The position numbers were made by a program, and so were the translations under genes. DNA of 64,000 bases, taken from the NCBI RefSeq assembly GCF_964204645.1, contig NC_134032.1, positions 1,302,001 through 1,366,000 of the forward strand. Reading direction: 5' to 3'. The notes beneath the pieces are model-generated. The model saw only the letters and a program-made list of their open reading frames with translations, did not search any database and had not been told where the DNA came from. Position 1 is the stretch's first letter. Each line of letters begins with the position of its first letter. The stretch is from Tubulanus polymorphus (lineage: Eukaryota; Animalia; Nemertea). This document shows, one piece after another, positions 50,644 through 63,481 of the stretch.

Positions 50644-50768
50644 GGCCCAGTTCCACTGTCATGGCTTATTTAAGACCGTCTTAGTTCTATAACCAATCTA
50701 ACAACTTAAGACCGGTCTTAGAATTTAAGACCATTTTTGGACTTAAGTCTCAACTGAGGAACCGGCCC
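50644..50768. mobile_element. Harbinger-type MITE family C copy
   Basis: CAG-ggcccagttcc...ggaaccggccc-CAG. Confidence 0.75.
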
Positions 50769-51442
50769 CAGTTCTCTAGCACTCTGCGCAAATAACATTC
50801 ACAATTCAGATCGCGACATTTCGACGATTCGAAAATGTAGAGCAAACTAAGATCGAATATCTGTTTATTCAAGAATAAATCCGAGCAGTTTATCTATTGT
50901 TTATCTCTCCGAGCCCCGGACGACGACGCTAAGTGATCCGACGTGTTGTTTATCCAGAATTGAAATTCTAAGCTTAAAAACGCTCTAGGCCTATATGATG
51001 TGTTGATTGTGTTCACTGCCGAGGTCATTGGTTTCTTGATACGTTCACCAGGGGGCGTTGAATATTGAAATTTTCCGTTTGTCGAGCATTTCGAACCAGT
51101 TCCAAAGCGGGCGTGGTGTCCCGGACCCCTAGCTTGCTTACAAATCAAAACTGATTATTGATTTAGGAGGATTCTACACTAATTGGGTTATAAAATGGAT
51201 GCAGACGCTTCCTGTACCAGTCTGTAGGGACCCTGTTTACAGACTGACTGATCTGTAGGGACCGCGTTCACCTGTTTATCCATCCTTTATTAGTTTGGGT
51301 AAAGATTTATGTTGTGTAAAACTAAATAAGATCATATCATATCTTGATAATAATAGATGGATAACCACACTCAAACGTGGTGAACGGATAATAAGATAAA
51401 AACCCATTATCTACAGAAGGCAGGAAGACACACCTGACGACG

Positions 51443-51896
51443 TTGAGGAGAGAATCCCACGATGATAATAAAAAGTCCGAAAATGAAACTTCGAGATAGT
51501 AGTTTATTTCAACGTTTCGACTATATCCTAATAGTCATCTTCAGGAATACTGTATTCCTTGAGCTAGTGTAGTTTATTTCAACGTTTCGACTATATCCTA
51601 ATAGTCATCTTCAGGAATACTGTATTCCTTGAGCTAGTGTAGTTTATTCAACGTTTCGACTATATCCTAATAGTCATCTTCAGGAATACTGTATTCCTTG
51701 AGCTAGTGTAGTTTATTCAACGTTTCGACTATATCCTAATAGTCATCTTCAGGAATAAACGAAGATGACTATTAGGATATAGTCGAAACGTTGAAATAAA
51801 CTACTATCTCGAAGTTTCATTTTCGGACTTTTTATTATCATTGTGGGATTCTCTCCTCATCGCGTCAACACGGATATAGTGTTCTACCAATCGTGA
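51443..51896. mobile_element. Second palindromic PLE-like insertion with internal 69-70-bp tandem expansion
   Basis: Same arms and tail as 21839-22080 in opposite orientation; ACACCTGACGACG at 51430-51442 and 51897-51909. Confidence 0.75.
51500..51760 (-). ncRNA. Four tandem minimal hammerhead ribozyme motifs (period 69-70 nt)
   Basis: Minus strand of 51711-51760 reads gtttattc-CTGAAGA-t-gactat(taggat)atagtc-GAAAC-GTT-gaataaac (8-bp helix I, 6-bp helix II); core repeated four times. Confidence 0.78.
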
Positions 51897-51938
51897 ACAC
51901 CTGACGACGATCTCTAGGGTGAGATCGAAACGTCGTGT
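51897..51938 (+). ncRNA. Minimal type-I hammerhead ribozyme motif (second family, GUC site)
   Basis: acac-CTGACGA-c-gatctc(tagggt)gagatc-GAAAC-GTC-gtgt. Confidence 0.75.
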
Positions 51939-52318
51939 ATTCGATATATTTAAGATCGAATAGATAAATTCTCGTTTTTAAATTCTTTTAATCTGTAGAT
52001 AGTGGGATTTTATCTTATTCTTCATCTGTTGATAAACTCGCGAACCCTTCCTACGTCGATCGCTGTCTGTGAACTCAGTCCGTTTCAAGAGTTCAACGAT
52101 TGATTCTCGGTATTACCCTCTTTCTGTTTATTGATAGGAAGACACGGTCGGTCGTCGATGATATAGATAAGAGTCTCGTCGAAACGAAATCTAGGTCAAT
52201 ACGTTAGGACCACCAATCGGCCCGGTTTAGACGCGAACAATGATGATCGAGTTGTTATAGAGACCGCGGGCGAGCGAGCGCGCGGGCTGTTGTTCGGGCC
52301 TCGGATCTCGTTTCTATT

Positions 52319-52429
52319 ATGGATATGGATTTACACACGGCTATGGAGACGTTCGCCGAAGCTTGGGTCGCGGCTAATACTCAAACGGCTGTCAATCCGG
52401 TCTCAGCATCCGAATCATCCATTCTGCAG
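52319..52429 (+). CDS. dve: First coding exon of probable dve/COMPASS (SATB-related) homeobox gene
   Basis: MDMDLHTAMETFAEAWVAANTQ...SILQ |gtaaga; the METFAEAWVAAN N-terminus is recalled from invertebrate Dve-like proteins; diagnostic domains lie outside the window. Confidence 0.6.
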
Positions 52430-52588
52430 GTAAGATCGCGCTTAGACCCTATGACTGAAAATCGATTCGTTCGATTCTTTCAGCGTTCTCCTCGCGGGGA
52501 GATTTATGGAGGCGGTAATATTTTCGGCCGAAAACGGCCTATTATAGTTAGATCGAATGATGTCATAGGGAAAGTTATGGGGGACGCC

Positions 52589-52906
52589 CTGGGGTCAGTT
52601 GCTGAAAAGTTGATTAAAGATAACCGGCGGATAAATACCATAGTAACAATGAACTTTGAATTGTCACCACGTCAACTATCCACTGGTTAACTATAACCAA
52701 CTTTTGAGCAACTGCAGCCCCTGATAAATACTATAGTAACAATGAACTTTTATTCATCACCCTGTCAACTATATACTGGTTAACTCTAACCAACTTTTCA
52801 GCAACTGCAGCCCCTGATAAATACCATAGTAACAATGAACTTTGAATTGTCGCTATATCAACTATCCATTGGTTAACTCTTACCAACTTTTCAGCAACTG
52901 GCCCCT
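52589..52906. mobile_element. Harbinger-type MITE family D, tandemly expanded (single copy at about 57866-57992)
   Basis: ggggtcagttgctgaaaagttg ... caacttttcagcaactggcccc, CTG flanks, right half repeated three times. Confidence 0.72.
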
Positions 52907-54300
52907 GATGTTTTTGCATTTCTTATCACAAAGGTGATCAGGTTTATAGCTAACTGATAAGACATTAGTAAGATAGTTAGCTAGCAATTGAAAGAGTTGA
53001 ACGGAGGTCTTGCTGCCAGAGACCATTATTCCGGATAGATGCGTCCTTATGGGTACAATTTGGTGATATTGTATATATTGACGTAACCAAGTTTTCTGTA
53101 AGTCAATTTCATATTGAAATGTGTGGAAGAGTCTATGATCAGTGATCAGTGATCGGTGATCGGTGATCAGCTCAGACCAAATATTTCTCAATCCTATAGT
53201 TACTGTATAACTGTGGTGAAAATGATAAATTCATGAACTTGGTTTAAGCGCGAAAATCCAATGGACATGCACGTCTGCTTGTGACTGGTCACCAGGGCAG
53301 CATTTTCATCTAGGCCTATCAACGCATTGAGAAGTGCTTTTCACCCCACATAAACCCGACCAAACTTTTTGAGTTTGTAAAATCTCATTGGAGAAAGAAT
53401 TCACAGAAAATGTGAATGGATCAAATTCAATTTCACCATACCACCCAAATTCTTATCATTTTAAACATACTCAGGACGGCGGGGGGGGGGGGGCATTTAT
53501 GAATGAAATATTGTTCTAGATATAGGACTAATGCATTATGGGAAGCTTATTCGGAATCAACTTTACAGATTTTTCGCTAATTCGCGTAATTTGTAAAACG
53601 GATTAATCATCGAATTAACCCTCGCCCACCCGTTCATGAAACAGGGCCCCGAGGGATGATTAGGTGGCGGCCATCTTTCGAAAAGTCAATTTTTGTACAC
53701 TTCGCAGAACCCGGTCTTTCTTCGACAGTTGTCCCATAATGGATCTTCTAATAGGCCTAATGTAAGGGTTAGGGGTAGGCCCTATTTATGAATTGTTCAA
53801 TGTGCGTTTAGTTTGTTGTCTCGAACTGTAATTCATTTTTCAAAATAATTCCATACATTTGTTATTATATACCGATGTTGACTGTCAGTTGTGTTAATTC
53901 ACACACCAGCTACTACCGGCGCGCTCTGCTGGTGTTAATCTCAAACAGATAAAATCTCAATTTTCACTTTTATGATTAATGTAGTGTTTAAGTGGTTTTG
54001 CGGGTGATTGCGGTGCACAGTATCAGCCCTCGAACAGATTTAAATTCTGATAATAAGTAAATAATGAATATAACCCGATGGTTCGTTCAGTCCTCGCTCA
54101 ATGTTTGTAGTATAATGCAGGTTTGTCTCTGTTCATTTATTATGTTTTTTGTTTGTTAAATTGAACAGTTTTCAGTCGTCAAATGCGATTAAAAATTCAG
54201 GGGCTGCAGTTGCTCAAAAGTTGGTAAGAGTTAACCAGTGGATAGTTGAAATGGTGACAATTAAAGGTTCATTGTTACTTTTTTTCAGCTGGTTAGATAT

Positions 54301-54577
54301 TTAACCCTTTCAGTGTGCCTACACCGCGGTGCAGTGTATGAATCGGTGATGGATTTTGCTAGTGCACCGCACTGCGGTGTATTGGTGTAATTAGTTTTTA
54401 TCTCTATTGAAAGATGGCAGCACCTGTCAAACATAGTGAAATACTAGTAACTAACGATACACCGCGCCGCGGTGTAGACCCACTATAGTGGTATTCCCGT
54501 TATTCAACACACTAGGGTGGAATTTTTCAAAATTTTCAAATTATCTTCAGCACTATAGGGTATTAATTAGTCAGCAC
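54301..54577 (-). mobile_element. piggyBac-type MITE family A, copy 8 (one end truncated; nested in family D about 54199-54611)
   Basis: ttaaccctttcagtg start and family body in reverse. Confidence 0.85.
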
Positions 54578-55169
54578 GGAAACCAACCAACTTTTGAGCA
54601 ACTGGCTCCTGATAATTTGGGACGGATGAAATTCGTCGGGTTTATGCGAAATTCCGATTTAACGTCAAACGTCACAGATTTGGAGCGCGTTCGAACTAGA
54701 CTCTGTTCAGGATACCCACGCTACAGGTCTGGGTCGAGTTCTGTGAGTTTTGTCGGTAATCGTGCACTCTAGTTTCATAAATAAGTTAAGCTCCTATTTT
54801 TAGTTTACTTCATGCTTTCGATGAGGACAACAATTCAAAGTGAACCGTTTTAATTGTGTCGTAAAATCACCGATTCATGTCAACTGTAGATAAATGATCG
54901 AAACGATAGAATTTTGATTTCGATGTAATTCATTGTAATGAAACCTCGCAACGTTTCAGCTGTTTCGAGACATCATCAGGTAGACCGTCCAGAAACATAA
55001 GTTCCCTCTCTACTTCCGTTTCTGGTCACGAAAACACAAAAACGAAACCTGTTCATTGTTTTATATGGATTTAACTATTTGAACATTCAACTGGTGGATT
55101 TAGTTAAAAGTTTTATTTCGTATTTCGTTTATAAAGTCATCAGAGGATTAAGGTATAAATCTATGTGTT

Positions 55170-55217
<48 letters not shown>

Positions 55218-55617
55218 CTGTTGATAGCTACAGCGTACGTAACCCTCTCATACTGCTATATATATAAAACACATGATAATCATAGTTTGATTATCAGTTA
55301 TTTTATGATTATGTTGTTGTTGGTCGGCGGGCGGTCGGTAGGTCAGTCAGACGGTCTTTATTATTGTCGTCGAGGGTTACTCTGTGAATGTGAATTATCA
55401 GTTTAGTCGGCTGGACAGCGCCGTACCGCGCGCGGTTACTTTGATCGACCAGATCGATACCAGAAAACTATCGTCGATACTGTCTGAGGCGCTGTGGACC
55501 AACGGTCAGTTGCATTGTCATGGCTTATATTTAAGATCAGTCGAAGACCGACTTAGTTCTACAATAGCCTTTCTAACAACGTAAGACCAGTCTAAAGATT
55601 TAAGACCACGTTTGGAC

Positions 55618-55906
55618 TTTACCCTTTCAGTGCGTCTACACCGCAGTGTGGTGTATGAATCTGTGATGGATTTTGCTAGTACACCGCACTGCGATGTAGT
55701 GATGTAATTAGTAATTATCCCTCTTGAAAGATGGCAGCACCTGTCAAACTAAGTGAAATACTAGTAACTAACGATACACCGCACCGCGGTGTAGACGCAC
55801 TATAGTGGTATTCCCATTATTCAACACACTAGGGTGGAATTTTTTAGAATATTCAAATTATCTCCAGCACTATAGGGTATTGATTAGTCAGCACTGAAAG
55901 GGTTAA
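55618..55906 (-). mobile_element. piggyBac-type MITE family A, copy 9 (nested in family C about 55505-55930)
   Basis: Reverse copy, TIRs intact. Confidence 0.88.
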
Positions 55907-56967
55907 GACACTACATGCAACCAGCCCCAGTTGGACAGTAAAGGTTTTAGATTTAAGACCATCTAAGTCTGATAACTGAAAATCAGTTTCAAGATTTAAG
56001 ACCGTCTTTGGACTTGTCACGACTGTGCAACTGGGTTCTGCTGTCCTAGGCCCTACTGTCTGATAGGCCTTCCTACCTGGGCGGCCCAGTTACGCTGTCT
56101 TGAATTAAGTTCAAAAGTTGTCTTAATCCATAAGTTATTAGATTGGCAGTATAACTAAGATGGAATGATGAAGTAAGTGATGACTGTACAACTGGCCTCT
56201 GAGAGTTTGATATCTCAGACCGTCTATAATTGCCTGAGCTGAGTTTGAGTTAATCTCATATTTTTCATTTTCTTATACGGGGAAAACACGAAGTAAATCC
56301 TTAATCCGGCGTCTAATAGTATACAGCGTGTATTCCGGTTAATCCTCTCATCTACGGGATTAGTGCTGTAGCTAATCCGCTTGGCGTGTGATGCAGTGCG
56401 GGAGCATAGAGGAAATTAGAGGATTAGGACCCGGGGATTAAGGCGTGCGGATTAAGGCGTGTGTGTCTGTGTGTTCAGCTAAGCCGAGCTGATTTACATT
56501 AGCTATGTCTCGGTATAGACTCGTAGGATAGTCTATGCTGATAATTTATTCCATCAAGATTTGAAATTCAAATCATTCGATATGAAAACTGTTACGTTTT
56601 TGTGTTTGGTCGGGATGAATTTGTTTGTTTATGTTAATGATGTTAGATATGAATATTAATGATTTAACAGGTGGGCTGAAGAGCGAAGCCGGCTCCACTT
56701 TGTGTTAATATATTATATATACGCGCGAGCTTTTTAAAAACCTTTATCTTCGAAAACAAATAGACCTCTAGCGCGTTTTCAATTTAGCGTCACTTTTTTT
56801 TTTTTTCGAAAGAAAAAGTTCCGCAATGGATTTCATGCATATAACCGAAATTCGTTACCTATCCCATTTGCAGAATTATGACAATATTTATCGGGAAACC
56901 ATTTTTTCAATTAAGGTACTATTTTGGTGTCCTGCCCTGAAGATACTAATCTTATTGTGGTCTTATG

Positions 56968-57297
56968 CCTTCTCAAAATACACCGCACTCAGGCCCTTTT
57001 CAAAATATACCGCACCCAGACTCTTTTCAAAATATACTGCACCCGCACCCTTTTCAAAATACACTGCACCCAGACCCTTCTCGAAATACACTGCACCCAG
57101 ACCCTTCTCAAAATACAGTGCACCCAGACCCTTTTCAAAATATACTGCACCCGCACCCTTCTCAAAATACAGTGCACCCAGACCCTTTTCAAAATATACT
57201 TCACCCGCACCCTTCTCAAAATACAGTGCACCCAGACCCTTCTCAAAATACAGTGTACCCAGACCCTTTTCAAAATATACTGCACCCAGACCCTTCA
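56968..57297. repeat. 33-bp minisatellite (10 units)
   Basis: cccttttcaaaatatactgcacccagac-type units. Confidence 0.94.
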
Positions 57298-58129
57298 ATT
57301 TGAATTCTAATTCTCGCGTTATTGTAGAGTATAAGTTGTGATCAGGGTTTAATTTCACATGTTACTATCAGATATCAGAACAACGTAAAGAGTTTAATGA
57401 TTCTGATTGCATTAAGTTAAGTATCTAGATTAAAAGGGATCTGCGCGCCAGCGCGCGTACACATATATCTGATAAACAGTTGAGTGAAATATTGAACCAT
57501 TACATAAATCTAGCTACACCCATTTTACATTGTGTCACACATGCATTGCTCTCTCTCCTCTCTCTCTCTCCTCTCTCTCTCCTCTCTCTATATGAGGAGA
57601 GTTATTTTACTCTGCTCTTTGTTGGTTTAGTCGATAATCAAGGATTATAAAACGTACATCGAATGTTAAGCCAGAGGCAGTGTTTTATACCCGCTGAATG
57701 CCGTGGTGGCGCTACTGTCCGTCGTACGGTGAACTCTTTATGGCTTTTATCTATTCTGAGAAAAATTGATAATCTGCGATTACGTCAGGGTCGGCTGATC
57801 TGGTTAGGTCCCTGCCTGCGCATATTGACAATCCGAAAGGTGAATGGCTAGATTGAAGTGATCTAGGGCCAGTTGCTGAAAAGTTGGTTAAAGATAACCG
57901 GCCGTTAAATACCATAGTAACAAAGAAATTTCAATTGTCACCATATCAACTATCCACTGGTTAACTCTAACCAACTTTTGAGCAACCGGCCCCTGGTTAG
58001 AACTCATTGTATTAGTGGTATAGGGTAATCAGTGTTGGTCCCACTGTAGTAGACCTCCGACGAGGGGTCCGGAGTGGTATACGTGGTTGTTGGTCTGGTA
58101 ACCCTGCTGTAGACCTCTGTTAGCCACCA

Positions 58130-58426
58130 GCCCGGTTTCATAGACCGAGTATCGAAGTTATCCCTGGGGGTAAATCCTCAACCCGGGTGACAACCACCCG
58201 TAGTAACAATGAGAAACCATGGTTATAACTGACAAATTTCAAAATGTTCCCAGGGACTATTTTTCTACCACATCTATGAAACCCAGCCTAGGAGTCTTGG
58301 TTTAGAAATTTTGAAATTCGTCAGTTATAACCATGGTTTCTCATTGTTACTACGGTGGTTGTTACCCGGATTGAGGATTTACCCTTAGGGATAACTTGGA
58401 TACTCGGTCTATGAAACCAAACCCAG
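58130..58426. mobile_element. Harbinger-type MITE family E, inverted pair (other copies about 4770-4930 and 39031-39194)
   Basis: cccggtttcatagaccgagtatcgaagttatccc...tatgaaacccagcc followed by a reverse partial copy. Confidence 0.72.
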
Positions 58427-59375
58427 GGGTCTTGGTTTAGTGGTTATCAGTTAGATAGCCGTTACATAGACCCCTCTTCTGCCTAGGAGTTAAGGCCTTG
58501 CTGTAGTTTAATGACATCAGCATTTTAAAAAGTTAAAAACTACATTAAAAATAATGAAATGTCAGACGAATTTGAAGTTGATTTTTTTTTCGCAGATAAT
58601 TTTCCGCGTAAATCTTATTTGTGATTATGTAGTCTGAAAGTCGGGTATGAAATGTCGTTATACCGTTATCTGTGAGTCACAGATATTTGTTTGTGTTTTC
58701 GAAAGTTTTGTCCGACTTTGAGCTTCAAAGGTTAGCGATATTTCGAAACTTAATTCATTAATCATTAATCTGGAGATAGCTAAAGGTAAACGCGATGTAG
58801 ATTGAACCGGTTCGTAGGCCGATTGTAGACCGGTAATTGATGGACTGTAGGCCGACTGTCCACTAAGTACTTCAGAGTTTGTGTTTGCCTGAGCTTCAGC
58901 GGGTGGTAACCAAACCCTGGCAAGCGAGGATGTCCGGATCCAGAAGACAGCGCTTACGCGAAAATTCCAAAAAACCACTAGGAAAATTAACGAGAATATT
59001 ATATCATCGATAGTGTGATTTTAATTTGAAGGTACGCATCGAGTCGACTATATCGCTCTCAAACTCTCTCATCTGTATAGCCGATGAGATTGTGAGATGT
59101 CCCCTCGATCCTTTGACGTCTCAGACAGGATGTGTCCCAACTTAAACGGGCGATAAGCTTCACCCGGCGAACACTCGACTGAGACAATAAGATAATCCAC
59201 AGATAAACCTTGGAGTGATAAGCAAACATGGCCCGGTTGCTCCCTGCACTGTGTGTGTGTGTGTTATATTACAATAGATATGAACATATAGATCAAAGCT
59301 TTAGGTTTTATCTCATTGTGTCTTACTTTTCAAGTGATTCTGCCGGAGAGTCAGCTCAGGCCATTTCTTCTCAAC

Positions 59376-59437
<62 letters not shown>

Positions 59438-59619
59438 TTGTGACCTTTTGATTTGAACTGAAATCCAGTCACGGCTTTAGACTTCAGACCAGTCTGAGAA
59501 GATAAATATCTAAGTTTTGTAACCGATCGGCTTCAGCTGGGCTATCAAAGGCTCAGCCGGGCTATCAAAGTCTATGTTAAGTCCATAACCAGTTTTGAAT
59601 CTGTCGTTAATCGTAACAA

Positions 59620-59905
59620 CTTAAGACCAGTCTAAACTCATTATCGGTCTTATAGCCAATTTAACCTAAGACCAGTCTAAGCCCATTGTCAGTTTTATAG
59701 CCAATTTAACTTAGGACAGTCTAAGCCCATTATCGGTCTTATAGCCAATTTAACTTAAGACCAGTCTAAGCCCATTGTCGGTCTTATAGCCAATTTAACT
59801 TAAGACCAGTCTAAGCTCATTATCGGTCTTGTAGCGAATTTAACTTAAAACCAGTCTAAGCTCATTATCGGTCTTATAGCCAATTTAACTTAAGACCGGT
59901 CTAAG
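59620..59905. repeat. 54-bp minisatellite derived from MITE family C sequence
   Basis: cttaagaccagtctaagcccattatcggtcttatagccaatttaa. Confidence 0.85.
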
Positions 59906-60520
59906 TTCATCTTAGTTCGTAAGTCAATTCTACCAGTCTAAACTTGTTTAATATATTAGTCGACAAAAACCCACAATAATAAAGAAAAACTATCTGATAA
60001 TTTGACGTTTCAACTCAAATCTTTGAGCCATTTTTAAAAAACTGAATTATTGTACAGTTATAAAAATAGAAAATATAGCAACAAGGTAACTAAGTGATCT
60101 CTACAGCTGTTGTTTATATATATTCATGTCGCATGGTGGACTACAGGAAATTTGTTGTTGGTATTCAAGTTCGTCCGCCGCAACAAGCGTAAGAGTTGAT
60201 CGCGATCACCCTATGCATTATCAGCGTCGTTATGTGATCACGGTTGTTTTCGGCGCGCGAGCGCGCGCGCCCGAACGCCTCGTTATTATCGTATTCGGAT
60301 TAAAACGAAAGAATCGACGCCGGGCGTAAAAATAACACCATCGGCATGCTTACACGATTATTACATCGCGACTGAGGGAGACAATCGTCGCGTTGAATCA
60401 ACAGTCAACAGATCGGCACCGGTTTACGAGTTCACAAACATTGTTTAAACGTGTCCCGAGTTTCGCTAAGTTGCGCGTATGATAATAAACGATACATGGT
60501 TTTGCTCTAAGACGCCGGAT

Positions 60521-60573
<53 letters not shown>

Positions 60574-60706
60574 AGAGAGAGAGAGAGTTCGTACTCCGTC
60601 GGAGGAACGGCGCTCGGGGTAAATCTCTACTTCAGGCGACGGGTAAACGTAATGATATCTGCTTAAACAGCGTCCCTACGACTCGCTGATTCTTCGATAA
60701 ATGAAG

Positions 60707-60964
60707 AAATCCCACACTTCGAATTTTAAACTTATACAATCAAATTTATTATTATTTTGAAACCACAACGTTTCGGCTGTCGACTAACGGTTTATCTTTA
60801 GTTTTGACACGCTGCTTCTATTTTAGATCCTGCAAGTTTATATGGTTTGTTACTTGTTTTTCTGGTCATTCCACCTGATGATGGCTGTTAGTCAACAGCC
60901 GAAACGTTGTGCTTTCAAAAAAATAGATTTTATTGTATAATTTTAAATTCGAAGTGTGGGATTT
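60707..60964. mobile_element. Palindromic PLE-like element (third family)
   Basis: aaatcccacacttcgaatt...acaacgtttcggctgt is mirrored by acagccgaaacgttgt...aattcgaagtgtgggattt. Confidence 0.65.
60872..60911 (+). ncRNA. Minimal type-I hammerhead ribozyme motif (third family)
   Basis: cac-CTGATGA-t-ggctgtt(agtc)aacagcc-GAAAC-GTT-gtg. Confidence 0.75.
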
Positions 60965-61049
60965 CATCATTTATCAACAGTATCAACAGTGTACACGGAT
61001 TATAGTGTTTATTCGACAACTATCATTGATTCTTTTTGTACGCCATATA

Positions 61050-61134
<85 letters not shown>

Positions 61135-61474
61135 AGGTCGGAATTAGCACCAGGAATTAGCATCTGTCCAGATTGCGATCAACCGCTTATGTTGTTGTTC
61201 CTTGTTAAAAAAAATAAATGAAAGAAAAAATTTTTGAAAAATTATTGGTTGAAGTTTGAACAAGATGAATAACTCGGGAAAGTTTGTTGACGCCTTAAAA
61301 AATAACACATAAATCGCTTCAATATTGTCGACAATAAATGATACAATGAAGATTTCATGATATCGAGGATCAATAAAGTTATTTTGGATTTGAATATGTA
61401 TCGATAATTGAATTGAATTGACCGGCAACCGGTCTAGTCCGACATATTGACTTGGATCCAGTAAAGTAGTGAGT

Positions 61475-61770
61475 TTAACCCTTTCAGTGCTGGCATATTA
61501 ATACCCTATCGTGCTGAAGATAATTTGAAAATTCTGAAAAATTCCACCCTAGTGTGTTGAATAACGGGCTGACCGCTTTAGTGCATCTACACCGCGTCGC
61601 GGTGTATCGTTAGTTACTTATATCTCACTATGTTTGACAGGTGCTGCCATCTTTCAATAGAGATAATTAGTAATTACTAATTAAATCAATACACCGCAGT
61701 GCGGTGTACTAGCAAAATCCATCACTGATTTGTACACCGCACTGCGGTGTAGACGCACTGAAAGGGTTAA
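61475..61770 (+). mobile_element. piggyBac-type MITE family A, copy 10
   Basis: TIRs and TTAA intact. Confidence 0.9.
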
Positions 61771-61890
61771 GTCGAGGTAAAGATGTGATGACTACTGCTG
61801 GGGTTCACTCCGACCTGTTCAATCTATCGCATCCGAAATCATACGAATACGATATTCGTTTTCTATGATAGTTTCTATAATTATTTACAG

Positions 61891-62092
61891 GTGGCGCCAC
61901 CGTCATCGTTGAAAGTCGACCAGCAGCAGCAGCAGCAGCAGCAGCCACCAACAATGATTCCAGCGGTAACCAATGATACGATCAATTCGCCCCGGAGCAG
62001 TCCTAATCCTCCTCCGCCGCAGCAGCAGCCTCCTGTGATGACTAGAAGTCGCCCTCCAAGTCCTAAACAACCTTCCACTAGCTGCAATACTG
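61891..62092 (+). CDS. dve: Second coding exon of the same gene (polyQ/Pro-rich)
   Basis: atttacag| VAPPSSLKVDQQQQQQQQPP...VMTRSRPPSPKQPSTSCNT g|gtatgt; phase 0 matches exon 1. Confidence 0.6.
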
Positions 62093-62516
62093 GTATGTAA
62101 CTAAAATTATTATTATATTATAATATTTATTGATTAGCGATGATTAACTGTTTGACTGCTGTGTCCTGCGATATTTGGGTCTGTCTAATGTTTGTATGAA
62201 TACAGGGAGTGTTGTGAGTGTTATGAGGGGTGAAGGGTGAGGGGTGTTACAGGGTGTGTGACTGTCTATAATGTAGTGTAACCAGAAAGATGCATTCCGT
62301 AAAGTTTCCTTAAAGATAATGATTTATTGATTCGACGTTTTAACTGATAGTCATCATCTTCAGGACAGATGATCACATGTTATAGTCATTAGTTCTACAG
62401 AGTTTTCATCAATGGTTATGTGGCAGTCGGTATATGTGTAAGGTGTTGCAGGGTTGTTAGTATTGAATATCCGGGGGTCTGGTGGCTGTCTGTGGTTGTG
62501 TATGATCGGTAACTTC

Positions 62517-62906
62517 TGCTGGTGCTGCCACTCCTGCCGCCACTCTGCTGCTGGTTCTACCATTGCTGGTGCTGCCACTGCTGGTGCTGCTGGTTCTACC
62601 ACTGCTGGTGCTGCTGGTTCTACCACTGCTGGTGCTGCCACTCCTGCCGCCACTCTGATGCTGGTTTCAGTGGTGCTGCTGCTGCTGCTGCTGCTGGTTC
62701 TCCCATTGCTGGTGCTGCTGCTGCTGCTGGTGCCGCCACTCTGGTGCTGCCACTGCTGGTTCTGCCACTGCTGCTGCTGCCATTGCTGGTGCTGCCACTG
62801 CTGCTGGTGCTGCCACTGCTGCTGCTGCCATTGCTGGTGCTGCCACTGCTGCTGCTGCCATTGCTGGTGCTGCCACTGCTGCTGGTGCTGCTGCTGCTGC
62901 TGCTGG
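62517..62906. repeat. CTG-rich compound microsatellite
   Basis: ctgctggtgctgccactg units. Confidence 0.9.
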
Positions 62907-63481
62907 CATGTGTGCATGCTCCTCAGTGTTATCTGGTGTAGTGTTGTATTATAGGAGCTAATCCTCTCCCAAATTCCTCGTTTATCCTCAGTTTATCCGC
63001 AGCCAAATTACTTTCGCGAGGATTAACGCGAGGTTTCGATTTGTGCGCTAATCCTCGGCTGTTCCTCGGTTTAGAATTTCATCGTCGTCTGCCGCTGCGT
63101 CGTGTATCGTGTCCCGATATAACGGACGAACCGGCTAATCTCACATCTATTCCCGACGATTTTTATTTTTCTTGTCAACGTCGCGAGACGTCTTCGCGTT
63201 GAATCAGCGACGAGAACTGACACGATTTTTTTTCTCTTTTTTCTAAATGATGAGGTTTTATCCGTGTTCGATGTTTTCTATCCATTTCACCGGACGGTTT
63301 ATAAATCTGTCTCTCGTCGTGTTGTTGGAACTGGTTTTTTCTTCTAATGAAAAGTTTTTGAATTTCTTGAGTTTTTCGCTGTCAATCTGGCCAAATATGA
63401 TCCCGTGTAGACAGCGAGCATTGCATGAAAATAAAATCAATCAATCTTTCATTCACTTTGCAAAATAATGGGTACCTACAG

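Noticed and set aside
52430-52690. Continuation of the 123-aa ORF beyond SILQ
   Set aside because: Strong donor cag|gtaaga at 52430; downstream part runs into a MITE.
56826-57358. Five overlapping ORFs on both strands
   Set aside because: 33-bp minisatellite lacking stops.
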